This document shows positions 8,995 to 17,679 of a stretch of DNA of 64,000 bases, piece after piece (within the stretch, counting starts at the first letter, position 1; each line of letters opens with the position of its first letter). The translations under genes and the position numbers were made by a program. The notes beneath the pieces were generated by a model that was given only the letters and a program-made list of their open reading frames with translations, had not been told where the DNA came from and searched no databases. Location: positions 80,501 to 144,500 of the forward strand of contig CAZBFO010000002.1 in NCBI GenBank assembly GCA_964491475.1, written 5' to 3'. Source of the stretch: an uncultured Gammaproteobacteria bacterium. GTDB taxonomy: Bacteria; Patescibacteriota; Patescibacteriia; SG8-24.

Positions 8995-9912
8995 TCAGGC
9001 CTCCTCGTCCGTCCAAGTGCAGATCTGCTTGCTTAGCCAGCCGATGAACCAGTCCTGCAGCAGCCCGACGACCATGATGGTCGCCTGGATGGCGAAGACC
9101 GCTTCCAGCCGGAAGTGCCTGTTCTCGTTGAGCAGCAGCGTGCCGATGCCGCCCTCGGTCCGGATGAGGCCTTCCACGGTGGTGAGCATCATCCAGGCGA
9201 TGGCCGCGTTCTGCCGCAGCGCCTCCAGCATCTTGTCGAAAGTGCCGAAGACGCCGACTTCGACGGCAGCCTGCCAGGGCGTCATGCGCAGCGTCCGCGC
9301 GTCGTCCCACTCCTCTTGAGGGATTTCCGCAATCACGGCGACCGTCGAGGTGGCGAAGAACGTGGTCATGCTGAAGGCCAGCATCCACACCTTGAGGGCG
9401 TGGCCACCGGCATACATGCCGAAGACGAAGGTCAGGCCGGTCAGGCTCAAGAACCGCATTTTGGTGACGAAAGCCACCGACGGCTTGAAGCCTGCCATCA
9501 CCGTGAGGTAGGCGAGCAGCAGCGAGGCCGCGGTGGCCGCAGCGATCGACTCGACGTTCAGGATGATGCTGGTCGCCAGCTCCTGCAGCAGGCCCTGGTT
9601 CTGGACCAGGTCCGCGAAGGAGGCGACTATCTGCATCGGCGTGGGAATCACGCGCGGCGCACCTACCGACCACCAGGTCAGCACGATCGCCGCGGTAATC
9701 AGGGCGATGGTGCGTACGGTGGTCTTGGAGCTGATGGCATTGGGCGTGAAAGCCGCCTTGATTGCGGCGGCGAGACCCGGAGAAGGCTTCTTGGCCTTCT
9801 TTTTGCGCTGCTTCTTGTCAGAAGCGGCGTCCGTTTCCGATGTTGCCTCCGACGCCGACCCCGCCAGCTGGTCCGGCGGCGTTTTGGTAGGCGGTGTTAC
9901 TTGCTGATCCAT
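8995..9912 (-). CDS. ABC transporter permease (NitT/TauT family, BPD-type)
   Basis: Polytopic membrane protein with EAA-like loop region. RBS AAGGAG before ATG (rev) 9910-9912. The Lys-rich N-terminal tail makes the exact start uncertain. Confidence 0.7.
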   Translation of the reverse strand: MDQQVTPPTKTPPDQLAGSASEATSETDAASDKKQRKKKAKKPSPGLAAAIKAAFTPNAISSKTTVRTIALITAAIVLTWWSVGAPRVIPTPMQIVASFADLVQNQGLLQELATSIILNVESIAAATAASLLLAYLTVMAGFKPSVAFVTKMRFLSLTGLTFVFGMYAGGHALKVWMLAFSMTTFFATSTVAVIAEIPQEEWDDARTLRMTPWQAAVEVGVFGTFDKMLEALRQNAAIAWMMLTTVEGLIRTEGGIGTLLLNENRHFRLEAVFAIQATIMVVGLLQDWFIGWLSKQICTWTDEEA

Positions 9913-10030
9913 TGGAAAGAGCTCCTTTTTTGAGAAATGTCATTTCTCCGAGAGGCCTTCACGGCGAAAGTCTCTCAGAAAAATGCCCGACCAGGTTGGT
10001 CGGGCGGCACGGCTGCATTGTCAGCGACGA

Positions 10031-11830
10031 TCAGCCGTTCGACTTGAGCACGATCCTGACGCGGCGGTTGGCTGCACGGCACACTGCCGAGTTGTCCCTC
10101 GTGCAGGCAGGATCGTTCTGGCCGTGACCGATCACCTTGATGCGGTTGGCCGGGAACGTCCCGCCGGACTTGGTAAGCAGGTACTGCATCACCGCGTTGG
10201 CGCGGTTTTGCGAAAGTACCTGGTTGCCGTCCGGAGTGCCGGTGTTGTCGGTGTACCCGTGTACCTCGACGACCGTGTTGCCCGAGACGGCCAGCTGTCC
10301 GAGCAGCGTGCCGAGCGGCGCCGCGGCATCGTTCGAGAACGAGGCGGAGCCAGTCTCGAAGTTGATGTGCCAGTCCTGGGCGGCGACCGTCGAGCTCGAC
10401 CCGGAGTTGGGGTCGAAGGTGTTGCTGTCGGCCGTGCCCTTGGGCTCACTGGACCGCATCAGCTCCTGCAGGTACGAGGTGTTGATCACCTCGTTCACTG
10501 CGGGGAACCGCGCCAGGTCCTGCGGGTACATCTCCTTGTCGTACGACCCGAAGATGTTGTAGGCGCTGGCGTAGTAGTTGAAGGCGCCGTCGAGGCCGAA
10601 GTAGCGGATGTTGTCCGCCAGGTTCCAGGCTCGGGAGCCGCCGAGCCAGACGGTGAGTCCCGTCAGGTCGACCTCGTTGCCACCTTGGTAGTACTTCATC
10701 CAGTACTGCCAGTTCTCCTCCTTGTACACCTCGGCGCTGGCTTCTGCGCCGCGCTTAAGCGCGGCGCCGCCGCGCTTGACTTGGTCGCCGCCCTCGAGCG
10801 TCGCGCGCACGAAGTTCAGCACCGTATCATGGTTGGCCGCGTCCCAGGCCTTGATGCCGATGAAGAGCGCGGCCATCTGGCTGTCGTTCTCCTTGGTGGA
10901 GAGGACCTTCACCAGGCCGCCTTTCTTGGTCGCTACGGCGACATCGCCTGGCGTCCATGTGGCCACGCCTTTGACGCAGGCGTCGACCTTGTTGCCGGTC
11001 TTCTGGCCGTTGACGACCGAAATGCGCTTGCTGCAGTAGCCCTGGATGTACTTCTCGTCCGCATCGACGAACGTGGTGGTGTTTTCCCAGTTCACGCAGT
11101 TTGCGTCGTGCGTCGTCGGGTCCGGGTTGGTGCAGAGGCCGTTCAGCTTGATCCAGTGATCGCAGATGTGCTGATCGCCGTCGCGGGGGACCGCGGCGAT
11201 GACCACGCCCCGCGCCAGCTGGGGGTTGGCCTTCATCTCGGGCGGAAGCATGCAGGCGTCCTCGCCGGCCGAACGTCCGGCGGCGAAGATGCCCTCTGCC
11301 TTGTACTGCGGTCCGATCTTCGTCAGCGCCGCGTTGGCGTCGTTGAAGAATGCCGGTCCGGCGTCGCCCATGATGACGACGAAGTTGGCGCTGCCAGCCT
11401 GCGTGCACTGCTTGGCTCCCTGCTGGAGCTCGGTGGCGCACGAGGCCAGTGCCTTGACCATCTCGCCGTAGTCGTCCTGTCGCTCGGTGACGAGGTTCAG
11501 GTCGTACCTCTCGGCCAAGCTGCCCTTCTTGGTCTGGGAGCCGCCGACGGCGTAGAGATGGCCCGTGACGGCGTTCCAGGCGATCGTCAGCGTCCTCACC
11601 CGCGGTCCCTTGGGGGCCGCTGGCGTGTTGCTGGCGATGTACTGGGCTTGCGCGCCGGTTCCGGGCTGCGTCTCGTTCTCGGTGAACTTGGACAGGTCGC
11701 CGCCGGACTTCTTCAGGTCCACGGACTGCATCTTGGCGTCGCCGTGGGTCCTGTAGTAGTTGATGCCGAAGGCGCCGCCGCCGACGGCAAGCGCGATGAG
11801 AGCGATCTTGACGGGTTTCCGAAGTGCCAT
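10031..11830 (-). CDS. membrane-anchored protein with a large extracytoplasmic domain and a C-terminal OmpA/MotB-type peptidoglycan-binding domain
   Basis: N-terminal signal-anchor IALIALAVGGGAFGINYY. C-terminus VEVHGYTDNTGTPDGNQVLSQNRANAVMQYLL...RRVRIVL is the canonical OmpA_C motif set. Confidence 0.65.
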   Translation of the reverse strand: MALRKPVKIALIALAVGGGAFGINYYRTHGDAKMQSVDLKKSGGDLSKFTENETQPGTGAQAQYIASNTPAAPKGPRVRTLTIAWNAVTGHLYAVGGSQTKKGSLAERYDLNLVTERQDDYGEMVKALASCATELQQGAKQCTQAGSANFVVIMGDAGPAFFNDANAALTKIGPQYKAEGIFAAGRSAGEDACMLPPEMKANPQLARGVVIAAVPRDGDQHICDHWIKLNGLCTNPDPTTHDANCVNWENTTTFVDADEKYIQGYCSKRISVVNGQKTGNKVDACVKGVATWTPGDVAVATKKGGLVKVLSTKENDSQMAALFIGIKAWDAANHDTVLNFVRATLEGGDQVKRGGAALKRGAEASAEVYKEENWQYWMKYYQGGNEVDLTGLTVWLGGSRAWNLADNIRYFGLDGAFNYYASAYNIFGSYDKEMYPQDLARFPAVNEVINTSYLQELMRSSEPKGTADSNTFDPNSGSSSTVAAQDWHINFETGSASFSNDAAAPLGTLLGQLAVSGNTVVEVHGYTDNTGTPDGNQVLSQNRANAVMQYLLTKSGGTFPANRIKVIGHGQNDPACTRDNSAVCRAANRRVRIVLKSNG

Positions 11831-11929
11831 GTTTCCTCTTCTTCCTTTTCTCGAATCGTTGTGGTTTCAGGCCATTATGGCCGTGGAAGGGAGGCGCGCC
11901 AGCCACGATGGCCGGCGCGCTTCACCTGT

Positions 11930-13006
11930 TCAGCTGTCGAAGAGCTTGTCGGTGTCGCTGGACGCGCCCATTTGCTTTTGGGCGGCCTGCTGTACCTGCT
12001 CGTCGTCAGCCTCGAGCGGCTCGCCGTCGGCGATGCGCTGCTTGGGCGGGGCATCCGGGTTGAGCCGGAGCCGTTCGGTGTTCTTGTCCCACGCCTGGAG
12101 CGCCTTGAGGGCGCTCTTGTTGTACTTGCTGTTCTTCCCGTCGACGGTCGCCAGGAAGCCCTTCGAGTCGTTCACGGCCATTTCGACCGCGCCGAGCCGA
12201 TCGGCCACCTTGTCGTCGATGATCTGCATCGCTTCGCGGTAGGCTTGCTTCAGCTGCGGGTCGCCGTTGATGATGGCCATGGCGTTGTCGGCGGCGTCGC
12301 CGGCGGCGGTCGAGGCCAGCAGCTCGGTTCGAGCCACCATCACCTCGTCCTTGGTGTCCTCGATGAGGAACTTCACGCCGTTGTGGATGCGCTTCAGCGT
12401 CTTGGCGGTCGCTTGCAGAGTGACGAGCATCTTGGAAAGACGCTCGACCGCCGCTTCGCGGCGGCCGTACTTGTTGGCCGCGCGGGTCGCCTCGTTCGCC
12501 TCGTCCTCGTCGGCCGTTGCCGCGTTGGGGTTGGTGTTGACGTGTTGCCCGTTCTGCTGGGCGTTCTGCATGCTGCCCAGCGCCTCCTCCATCTCCTCCT
12601 TCATGGTGGCGATGCGCCGCTCCAGTCCGGTGACCTGGGTCTGCAGAGCTTGGCGGTTTGCGCCCATCTCGCGTTCCCGTTTCTCCATGTGAGCGATGTT
12701 CAGCTCCAGGTTCCCGATGGGATCCCAGGTGAGCAGGCTGCGGCGCAGCTTGCGCATCATCAGCCGGTAGGCGCGTCCGACCAGGAAGTGAGCGTCCTTG
12801 TCGAAGGCCACATAGCCGATTGCGCCGATGACGCCGAGTCCGGCGCCGATCTGCAGCAGATTCCACTCGAGGTTGAGCAGCGTCGGGGCGACTTGCACCA
12901 GGCCGTAAACGGCACCGGCACCGACGCCTCCGACGATCAGTCCGCCGGCGACCTTTTCGCCGGTGGTCAGCACCACGTCCTTCTTCGGGGTAGGGGAATC
13001 AGCCAT
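11930..13006 (-). CDS. membrane-anchored coiled-coil protein (PspA/TelA-like stress-protein architecture; unassigned)
   Basis: Start MADSPTPKK (ATG rev 13004-13006). Two predicted TM helices followed by about 280 aa of heptad-rich, E/K/Q/A-rich sequence. Confidence 0.45.
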   Translation of the reverse strand: MADSPTPKKDVVLTTGEKVAGGLIVGGVGAGAVYGLVQVAPTLLNLEWNLLQIGAGLGVIGAIGYVAFDKDAHFLVGRAYRLMMRKLRRSLLTWDPIGNLELNIAHMEKREREMGANRQALQTQVTGLERRIATMKEEMEEALGSMQNAQQNGQHVNTNPNAATADEDEANEATRAANKYGRREAAVERLSKMLVTLQATAKTLKRIHNGVKFLIEDTKDEVMVARTELLASTAAGDAADNAMAIINGDPQLKQAYREAMQIIDDKVADRLGAVEMAVNDSKGFLATVDGKNSKYNKSALKALQAWDKNTERLRLNPDAPPKQRIADGEPLEADDEQVQQAAQKQMGASSDTDKLFDS

Positions 13007-13008
13007 GA

Positions 13009-13791
13009 CTATTGCGCTCCTGTGTTTGCCTTGATGTTTTGCTTGACTGCCTGCCACTTGGCGCGGAAGGCGTGGATGGTGGCGAGGAAGCTGTTGAGCT
13101 TGTTGGTCAACTTCTCCCTCTCCGTGCTGACGGAGGCGAGCGTCTGCTGACGTTCGCTTTCCATCCGGACCACCTCCTGCTGGAGGCGGACGATTTCCGC
13201 GTTCTTGGCAGCGACGGCCTGGGCGATGCCTTCGGCCTTCTGCTCGAGCCCGCCGACGCGCTCCTTCGTTTTCTTCTCGAAGGACACGCGCAGGTCCTGC
13301 TCGCGCTTGTCGATGGCGGCCAGGCACTCGTCCACGTCCGTGAGGATCGCGGGGAGCGTATGGCCCTGCACGCCGACGGCGGCCGCCGCGGCCTGAATGC
13401 GCTGCATATCGTTGGGGATGTGCTGGCGCATGGCCGACTCGGCAGCTTCGAACGCCGTGAAGGCGGGCTTGGCTGCCTCGGTCGTTTCTTTCTCGAGGAT
13501 GGCCGCGTACTCCGGGTCTATCGCCGTCTGGGGCGTCGTCACGGGGTACGAAGGCACCGTGCCGTAGTTGGGCACGGGCGTCTGCGGGTAGGACGGTCGT
13601 TGGGGAGGAGCCGACGCGGCGCTCTTGGCCGGAGCTTTCGCTTTGGCCTTGGGCTTCTCGTCTTCGTCCTCGTCGCCCTCTTCCGGTTCGGTCACGGCGT
13701 TCTTGACCGCCTGACCGGCCTTCTTGATTGCGCCAAAAAAACCGCCCCCCTCGTCGCTCGCGGGGGACTCGTCATCGTCTTTAGCCGACAT
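13009..13791 (-). CDS. coiled-coil protein with acidic and Pro-rich N-terminus; upstream partner of 11930..13006
   Basis: Its stop sits 2 nt before the next start. C-terminal 120 aa coiled-coil (…EIVRLQQEVVRMESERQQTLASVSTEREKL…). Confidence 0.45.
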   Translation of the reverse strand: MSAKDDDESPASDEGGGFFGAIKKAGQAVKNAVTEPEEGDEDEDEKPKAKAKAPAKSAASAPPQRPSYPQTPVPNYGTVPSYPVTTPQTAIDPEYAAILEKETTEAAKPAFTAFEAAESAMRQHIPNDMQRIQAAAAAVGVQGHTLPAILTDVDECLAAIDKREQDLRVSFEKKTKERVGGLEQKAEGIAQAVAAKNAEIVRLQQEVVRMESERQQTLASVSTEREKLTNKLNSFLATIHAFRAKWQAVKQNIKANTGAQ

Positions 13792-13948
13792 CCTTGATTC
13801 TCCTTGTGAAACGGCGTCCGGAGCCGTTTGTTGTACTCAAGTCGGTTGTCAAAGGACAACGTCCAAACCTAGTTGAAAATGGAGCTAATGTCAAGCAGGG
13901 CGGGGTTTAAGGCCGGGAATGAAAAAACGCCCGGGAAGGGCGTCGGTT

Positions 13949-14390
13949 TTAGACAAGTTTTGCAGGCGAACTCGTGGTGCGGTGGCACCGGCTGCAGCGC
14001 CGTTGTTTGCTGCCGACGAGCGCGAGATTCGGCCTGTCATCGACCGCCAGCTGCCGGTAGGCGGTGGTCGGCGGACCCTGGGGCAACTCCTTGGGGAGCT
14101 CCACCACTTTGAGCTGCAGCACCTCCGGTTCCAGGTCGTGCCCACGGAGATGGCAGATTACGGCACGCCACATTTGCCCGAGGCCTGTGACGGCCCGGCG
14201 CAGCGCCTGTGCGGACCGGTCGCGCGCGACTGCTCGGCAGACGCCGCCGGCAAAACATGCCAGACCGAACGTTCCAAAGCAAATGCGCTGCAATGGCCCC
14301 GCCTTTGACGGATCGGCCATGACGGCGATGACCATGAACGTCAGGCCGGAGAGAATGAACACGCGATGCATGACGAGACGAGGATACATT
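13949..14390 (-). CDS. putative small membrane protein
   Basis: Internal ATG (rev 14388-14390) with GGGAGG 7 nt upstream, inside a 544-aa read-through track ORF. Hydrophobic N-terminus MHRVFILSGLTFMVIAV. Confidence 0.25.
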
Positions 14391-14473
14391 GTTTGCCTCC
14401 CGTCGCACGGGTCACCGGTCGGTGGCCGACGACGGGCTATCATGCCGCAGGCAGGCTGACTAGTCAATGTTTC

Positions 14474-14514
14474 GTGCGGAAAAGAAAAAACGCCCGTCAT
14501 GGCAACAGGCGTTT
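14474..14514 (-). terminator. rho-independent terminator for ybdK-like gene (the stem includes its stop codon)
   Basis: aaacgcc-tgttgccatgac-gggcgttt followed by tttttctttt on the minus strand. Confidence 0.45.
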
Positions 14515-15456
14515 CACGTAAGGGACTTCCTCCCGATGCTGCGGGTCTTTCGACAGCGCCGAGAATGTCGCCGCAAGGTGGGTCGTCTTCCAGATGCCCC
14601 GCGAAGCCATCATCAGCCAGTCCTCGATGGCATAGGCGGTGATGGCCGGATCGGGCCTGATGTGGCCCCCGATTGCCGCGCGGACGAGCATCCGCGTCAG
14701 AGCCGTGAGAGCCAGCGTCTTGTTGTACGAGTTCTGCACGTCGCAGACGCGCAGCTCGACCGTGCCGAGCGGGTTGATGCGCACGCCCCACCAGCACAGG
14801 CGCGGGTCGTCGTAGAACCCGTCGCGCCGCGCCATTATGGCGTATTCCTTCCAGCCCGGCAGGTACGGCGGGGCCACGTTTTTGGCCATCTGCAGGTACT
14901 TGAAGTGCCTGAAGGAAGCGAAGCGGGTGCCCGACAGCGTGCGCGGGGAACGCGCCGAAAGCGCCAGGAACGACGGCAGGTGCTGGCGGAGCGCGTTCAT
15001 CGCCAGCACGGCCTCCTCGTGTGAGGCCACGCCGACGTGCACGTGCAGGCCGGCCACGTACGCGCCGCGAAGCCGCGAGCCAAACCGCCGCTGCAGATCG
15101 AGGAAGCGCGGCGAGGGAAAGACCGAAACCGAGTAAGGTTTCGTCGGCACCGGATCGCGCGAAAGCATCACGCCGTACTGCTTGGCCAGCCGATCCATTT
15201 CGAAGGCGTTGCGGCGGAGTGCGCGCTGCGCCTCCTCCATCGAGGTGCAGATGGGCGTGACCGCCTCGATCTGCTGCGAGGGAAGTTCGGGCTTGAGGAA
15301 CGGATAGGTCCTCTCGTACCCTTCCGTGAAAATACGCGGCGCGAGGGGCACGAGCGTGCCGCTGTCGCGCCGGACGGTCCACACTTCTTCCTCGATCCCG
15401 ACGCACAGCCGGGTGACGGGAGAGAAGCGGAACTTCGAGGCAAAGGCATCGGTCAT
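14497..15456 (-). CDS. ybdK: carboxylate-amine ligase, YbdK / glutamate-cysteine ligase family 2
   Basis: VGIEEEVW and GLHVHVGV motifs; RBS AAGGAGG before ATG (rev 15454-15456). Confidence 0.6.
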   Translation of the reverse strand: MTDAFASKFRFSPVTRLCVGIEEEVWTVRRDSGTLVPLAPRIFTEGYERTYPFLKPELPSQQIEAVTPICTSMEEAQRALRRNAFEMDRLAKQYGVMLSRDPVPTKPYSVSVFPSPRFLDLQRRFGSRLRGAYVAGLHVHVGVASHEEAVLAMNALRQHLPSFLALSARSPRTLSGTRFASFRHFKYLQMAKNVAPPYLPGWKEYAIMARRDGFYDDPRLCWWGVRINPLGTVELRVCDVQNSYNKTLALTALTRMLVRAAIGGHIRPDPAITAYAIEDWLMMASRGIWKTTHLAATFSALSKDPQHREEVPYVKRLLP

Positions 15457-15612
15457 CGCTCCTCCTTTGGAGTGCGAAAGGTGAAAGGTGCCGAATGCAC
15501 CGTAGCCGCTCCGACGGCGATGTGCAACCGCCTGCCAATCTTGACTTTTTGCCGAAAATGCGATATTTTTCCGAGTCGGTCATTTCAAAAAACCATACTC
15601 GAAAGGATAGCC

Positions 15613-15939
15613 ATGCATCGTTGGATCAGGCGTGCGGTCAGTTTCGCGGACGATTTTTTTGAACCGTTCGACAGACCTCTGTTGTTACGGGGCGGATGCG
15701 TCTTCTGCCTGCTGAGCACCGGCGTCGGCGCGCTGTTCTCGGTGCCGCTTGAAGGTTTTTTCTTCGGCATCGGTCTCGCCGTCGTCCTGCACATGTCCGT
15801 GTTGGAATGGAACGAGTGCGCCGAGATTCGCAGGCGCAAGCGCAGGCGTTCGCACACCGTCTTCATTGACGTGAACGAAGTGAAGCTCTATTCTCAGCAG
15901 GCTTCTTCCCACCAACCACCGAAAGGCGGGCTACGATGA
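15613..15939 (+). CDS. small hydrophobic protein (108 aa)
   Basis: RBS AAAGGA then ATG 15613; two predicted TM helices; its stop overlaps the next start. Confidence 0.35.
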   Translation: MHRWIRRAVSFADDFFEPFDRPLLLRGGCVFCLLSTGVGALFSVPLEGFFFGIGLAVVLHMSVLEWNECAEIRRRKRRRSHTVFIDVNEVKLYSQQASSHQPPKGGLR

Positions 15940-16283
15940 GAAAGATCTTGTATGCGTTCTTGCTTCTGGCCGGCACAGGCATCTTCCTGACCGGCTGCAG
16001 CGACGACGGTCCGGACCCCAAGAGTCCCGACCCGCAGTCGCCGCCCGCGCAAGACGAGTGGCAATGGCAAGAAGGCGATTCTTACAATCCGGGCTACTGG
16101 CCCAAGTGGAAGAACCCCTGCCCCGGCCCCGCCTGCGATCCGCCGTACCAGCTCCATCCGGACTGGCTGGTGGACCCGCCGCCGGACTACGCCGGCTCGT
16201 GGCGCATGGAGGAGTCCTCCGGCACCGCTTCGCAGCCGCCCGCTCAAGCGGGCGGCGGCAGCAAGAAGGGCGGCCAACAGTGA
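15936..16283 (+). CDS. Pro-rich small lipoprotein (paralogue 1)
   Basis: Signal peptide plus lipobox LTGC; ATG overlaps the upstream stop (ATGA); contains NPCPGPACDPPYQ. Confidence 0.5.
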   Translation: MRKILYAFLLLAGTGIFLTGCSDDGPDPKSPDPQSPPAQDEWQWQEGDSYNPGYWPKWKNPCPGPACDPPYQLHPDWLVDPPPDYAGSWRMEESSGTASQPPAQAGGGSKKGGQQ

Positions 16284-16606
16284 AGAAGTCGCTCTGTGCG
16301 ATCCTCATGGGCTTGGCGTCTGTCCTGTCCGGCTGCGGCGACAAGCCGCCGCCGGGTCCCGCGCTCGACACCGACTGGGTTCCGTATGAACCCAGCTCTT
16401 CGGGCGAGCAGGGCGGCCCCGGCGGCCGCGGCTCCGCGGTCATCGACCCCTGCCTCGGCCCCCATTGCGAACGTCCCAACTGGGAGGGCCGCGAGGGAAT
16501 CGTCGATCCGCTGACGGACCTCGACGTCACGCCGCTGCAGGATCGGCATCCTGCCGCGAGCGCGGTCCAGCTCGCCGCCGAAAACGCGGCAGTCAGCCCG
16601 CGCTGA
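16280..16606 (+). CDS. Pro-rich small lipoprotein (paralogue 2), GTG start overlapping the upstream stop
   Basis: VKKSLCAILMGLASVLSGC (lipobox LSGC); shares the DPC-GP-C-P-W motif (DPCLGPHCERPNWEG) with paralogue 1. Confidence 0.45.
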   Translation: MKKSLCAILMGLASVLSGCGDKPPPGPALDTDWVPYEPSSSGEQGGPGGRGSAVIDPCLGPHCERPNWEGREGIVDPLTDLDVTPLQDRHPAASAVQLAAENAAVSPR

Positions 16607-16629
16607 ATCCGACCCGAAATGTCCCGACA

Positions 16630-16672
16630 TCGTTGCCGCCCGCGCTTCTTGCGGGCGGTTTTTCTTTTTGCA
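16630..16672 (+). terminator. rho-independent terminator
   Basis: gccgcccgc-gcttcttgc-gggcggtttttcttttt. Confidence 0.55.
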
Positions 16673-16714
16673 AAAAACCCAAAAGAAAAACGCCAGCTCG
16701 TGCTGACGTGTTTC

Positions 16715-16791
16715 TGGTGGGCGGCAGAGGAGTCGAACCTCTGACCTTCACAATGTCAATGTGACGCTCTAACCAACTGAGCTAGCCGCCC
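16715..16791 (-). tRNA. tRNA-Val: tRNA-Val (anticodon GAC), CCA encoded
   Basis: Manual fold: acceptor GGGCGGC/GCCGCCC, D arm GCTC-AGTTGGTTA-GAGC, anticodon stem TCACA/TGTGA with loop TTGACAT, T arm AGAGG-TTCGACT-CCTCT. Confidence 0.8.
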
Positions 16792-16865
16792 TCGGGCCGA
16801 TTTCGACAATGCACACATCTTACGAAAGGTCGGAAAAATAATCAAGCCTCCGGCACTGCGGTCGG

Positions 16866-16895
16866 AATAAAAAAGACCTCATCGTCAGATGAGGT
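16866..16895 (-). terminator. rho-independent terminator for the HAD gene (the stem includes its stop codon)
   Basis: gacctcatc-tgac-gatgaggtc then ttttttatt on the minus strand. Confidence 0.5.
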
Positions 16896-17613
16896 CGATG
16901 GTGCGCGTGAGCCACTCGGTCACCGGGGCGAAGTCTTCGGTGATGACTACCTGACCCATGTGCGAGCCGAACTTGGCCGCCTCGGCTTCGTCTTTGGCGA
17001 TGCCGATGCGCCGTTCCTTGAGGTGCCCCAGGAACTTGTCGCCGCCGGAATCGCCGACGGCAATCAGGCGCTCATGCGGCACGCCGTTGGCATCGGCGAA
17101 ATGCCGCGACCACTCGCCCTTGTTCAGGGGGAGCACCAGCGACGCCGCATCGTACGCGCAGAAGCGTCCGGTTTCCGAAGAGACGGCGAGCTCCGTCGCG
17201 TAGATGCGGTCCACGAACCCTCTCGATCCGTTAGACCGCAGCACCGCCTCGATGAAAGGCGTGACGCCGTACGAGACGACGGCAACCGGCACGCCTTCGC
17301 GGTGCAGCCATTCCAGGCATTGTCTGGCTCCTGGTCGGAGGATCACGCCGCGCAGGGCTTCGTGCGCGCGTTCCGGCGTCAGGCCGTCATTGACGTAGGC
17401 ATCCAGCGTTTTCATCAGCCAGTCCGCCTCCTTTTCGGAAGTCAGTTGGCCTCTGATGGCAAGATCCAAGTACTGCTCTCTCAGCCGAACCATTTCCTGG
17501 TTCGCCTCGGGAGAGAGCGCGGCGTCGTCGACGGTGCGGCACAGCGATCCGTGCTTGTGAATCAGCGTACCGTCGAAATCGAACACGACGGCGCAGCGTT
17601 TGGGATTGTCCAT
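16885..17613 (-). CDS. HAD-superfamily hydrolase (phosphoserine phosphatase-like subfamily)
   Basis: VVFDFDGTLI (motif I), VAVVSYG, AVGDSGGD (motif IV). Confidence 0.7.
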   Translation of the reverse strand: MDNPKRCAVVFDFDGTLIHKHGSLCRTVDDAALSPEANQEMVRLREQYLDLAIRGQLTSEKEADWLMKTLDAYVNDGLTPERAHEALRGVILRPGARQCLEWLHREGVPVAVVSYGVTPFIEAVLRSNGSRGFVDRIYATELAVSSETGRFCAYDAASLVLPLNKGEWSRHFADANGVPHERLIAVGDSGGDKFLGHLKERRIGIAKDEAEAAKFGSHMGQVVITEDFAPVTEWLTRTIDLI

Positions 17614-17679
17614 TTCGCGCGATTCCTTTCCTGCGTCGGTGCAAAGAACTAGTTTCGGTCCAGCCTAGCTGCCGAACGA

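Noticed and set aside
8168-9673. 501-aa extension of the ABC ATPase ORF
   Set aside because: The N-terminal 227 codons overlap the permease gene in a different frame. The ATPase domain begins at MIAHRY (8992), immediately after the permease stop.
9983-13150. 1055-aa plus-strand ORF
   Set aside because: Antisense to the OmpA-domain gene and the coiled-coil genes; Arg/Gly/Val-rich nonsense translation.
13949-15583. 544-aa minus-strand ORF
   Set aside because: Read-through artefact. Its 5' two-thirds overlap the real ybdK-like gene (14497-15456) in another frame. Only the 3' part from the internal RBS-preceded ATG (14390) is retained, as a low-confidence small membrane protein.
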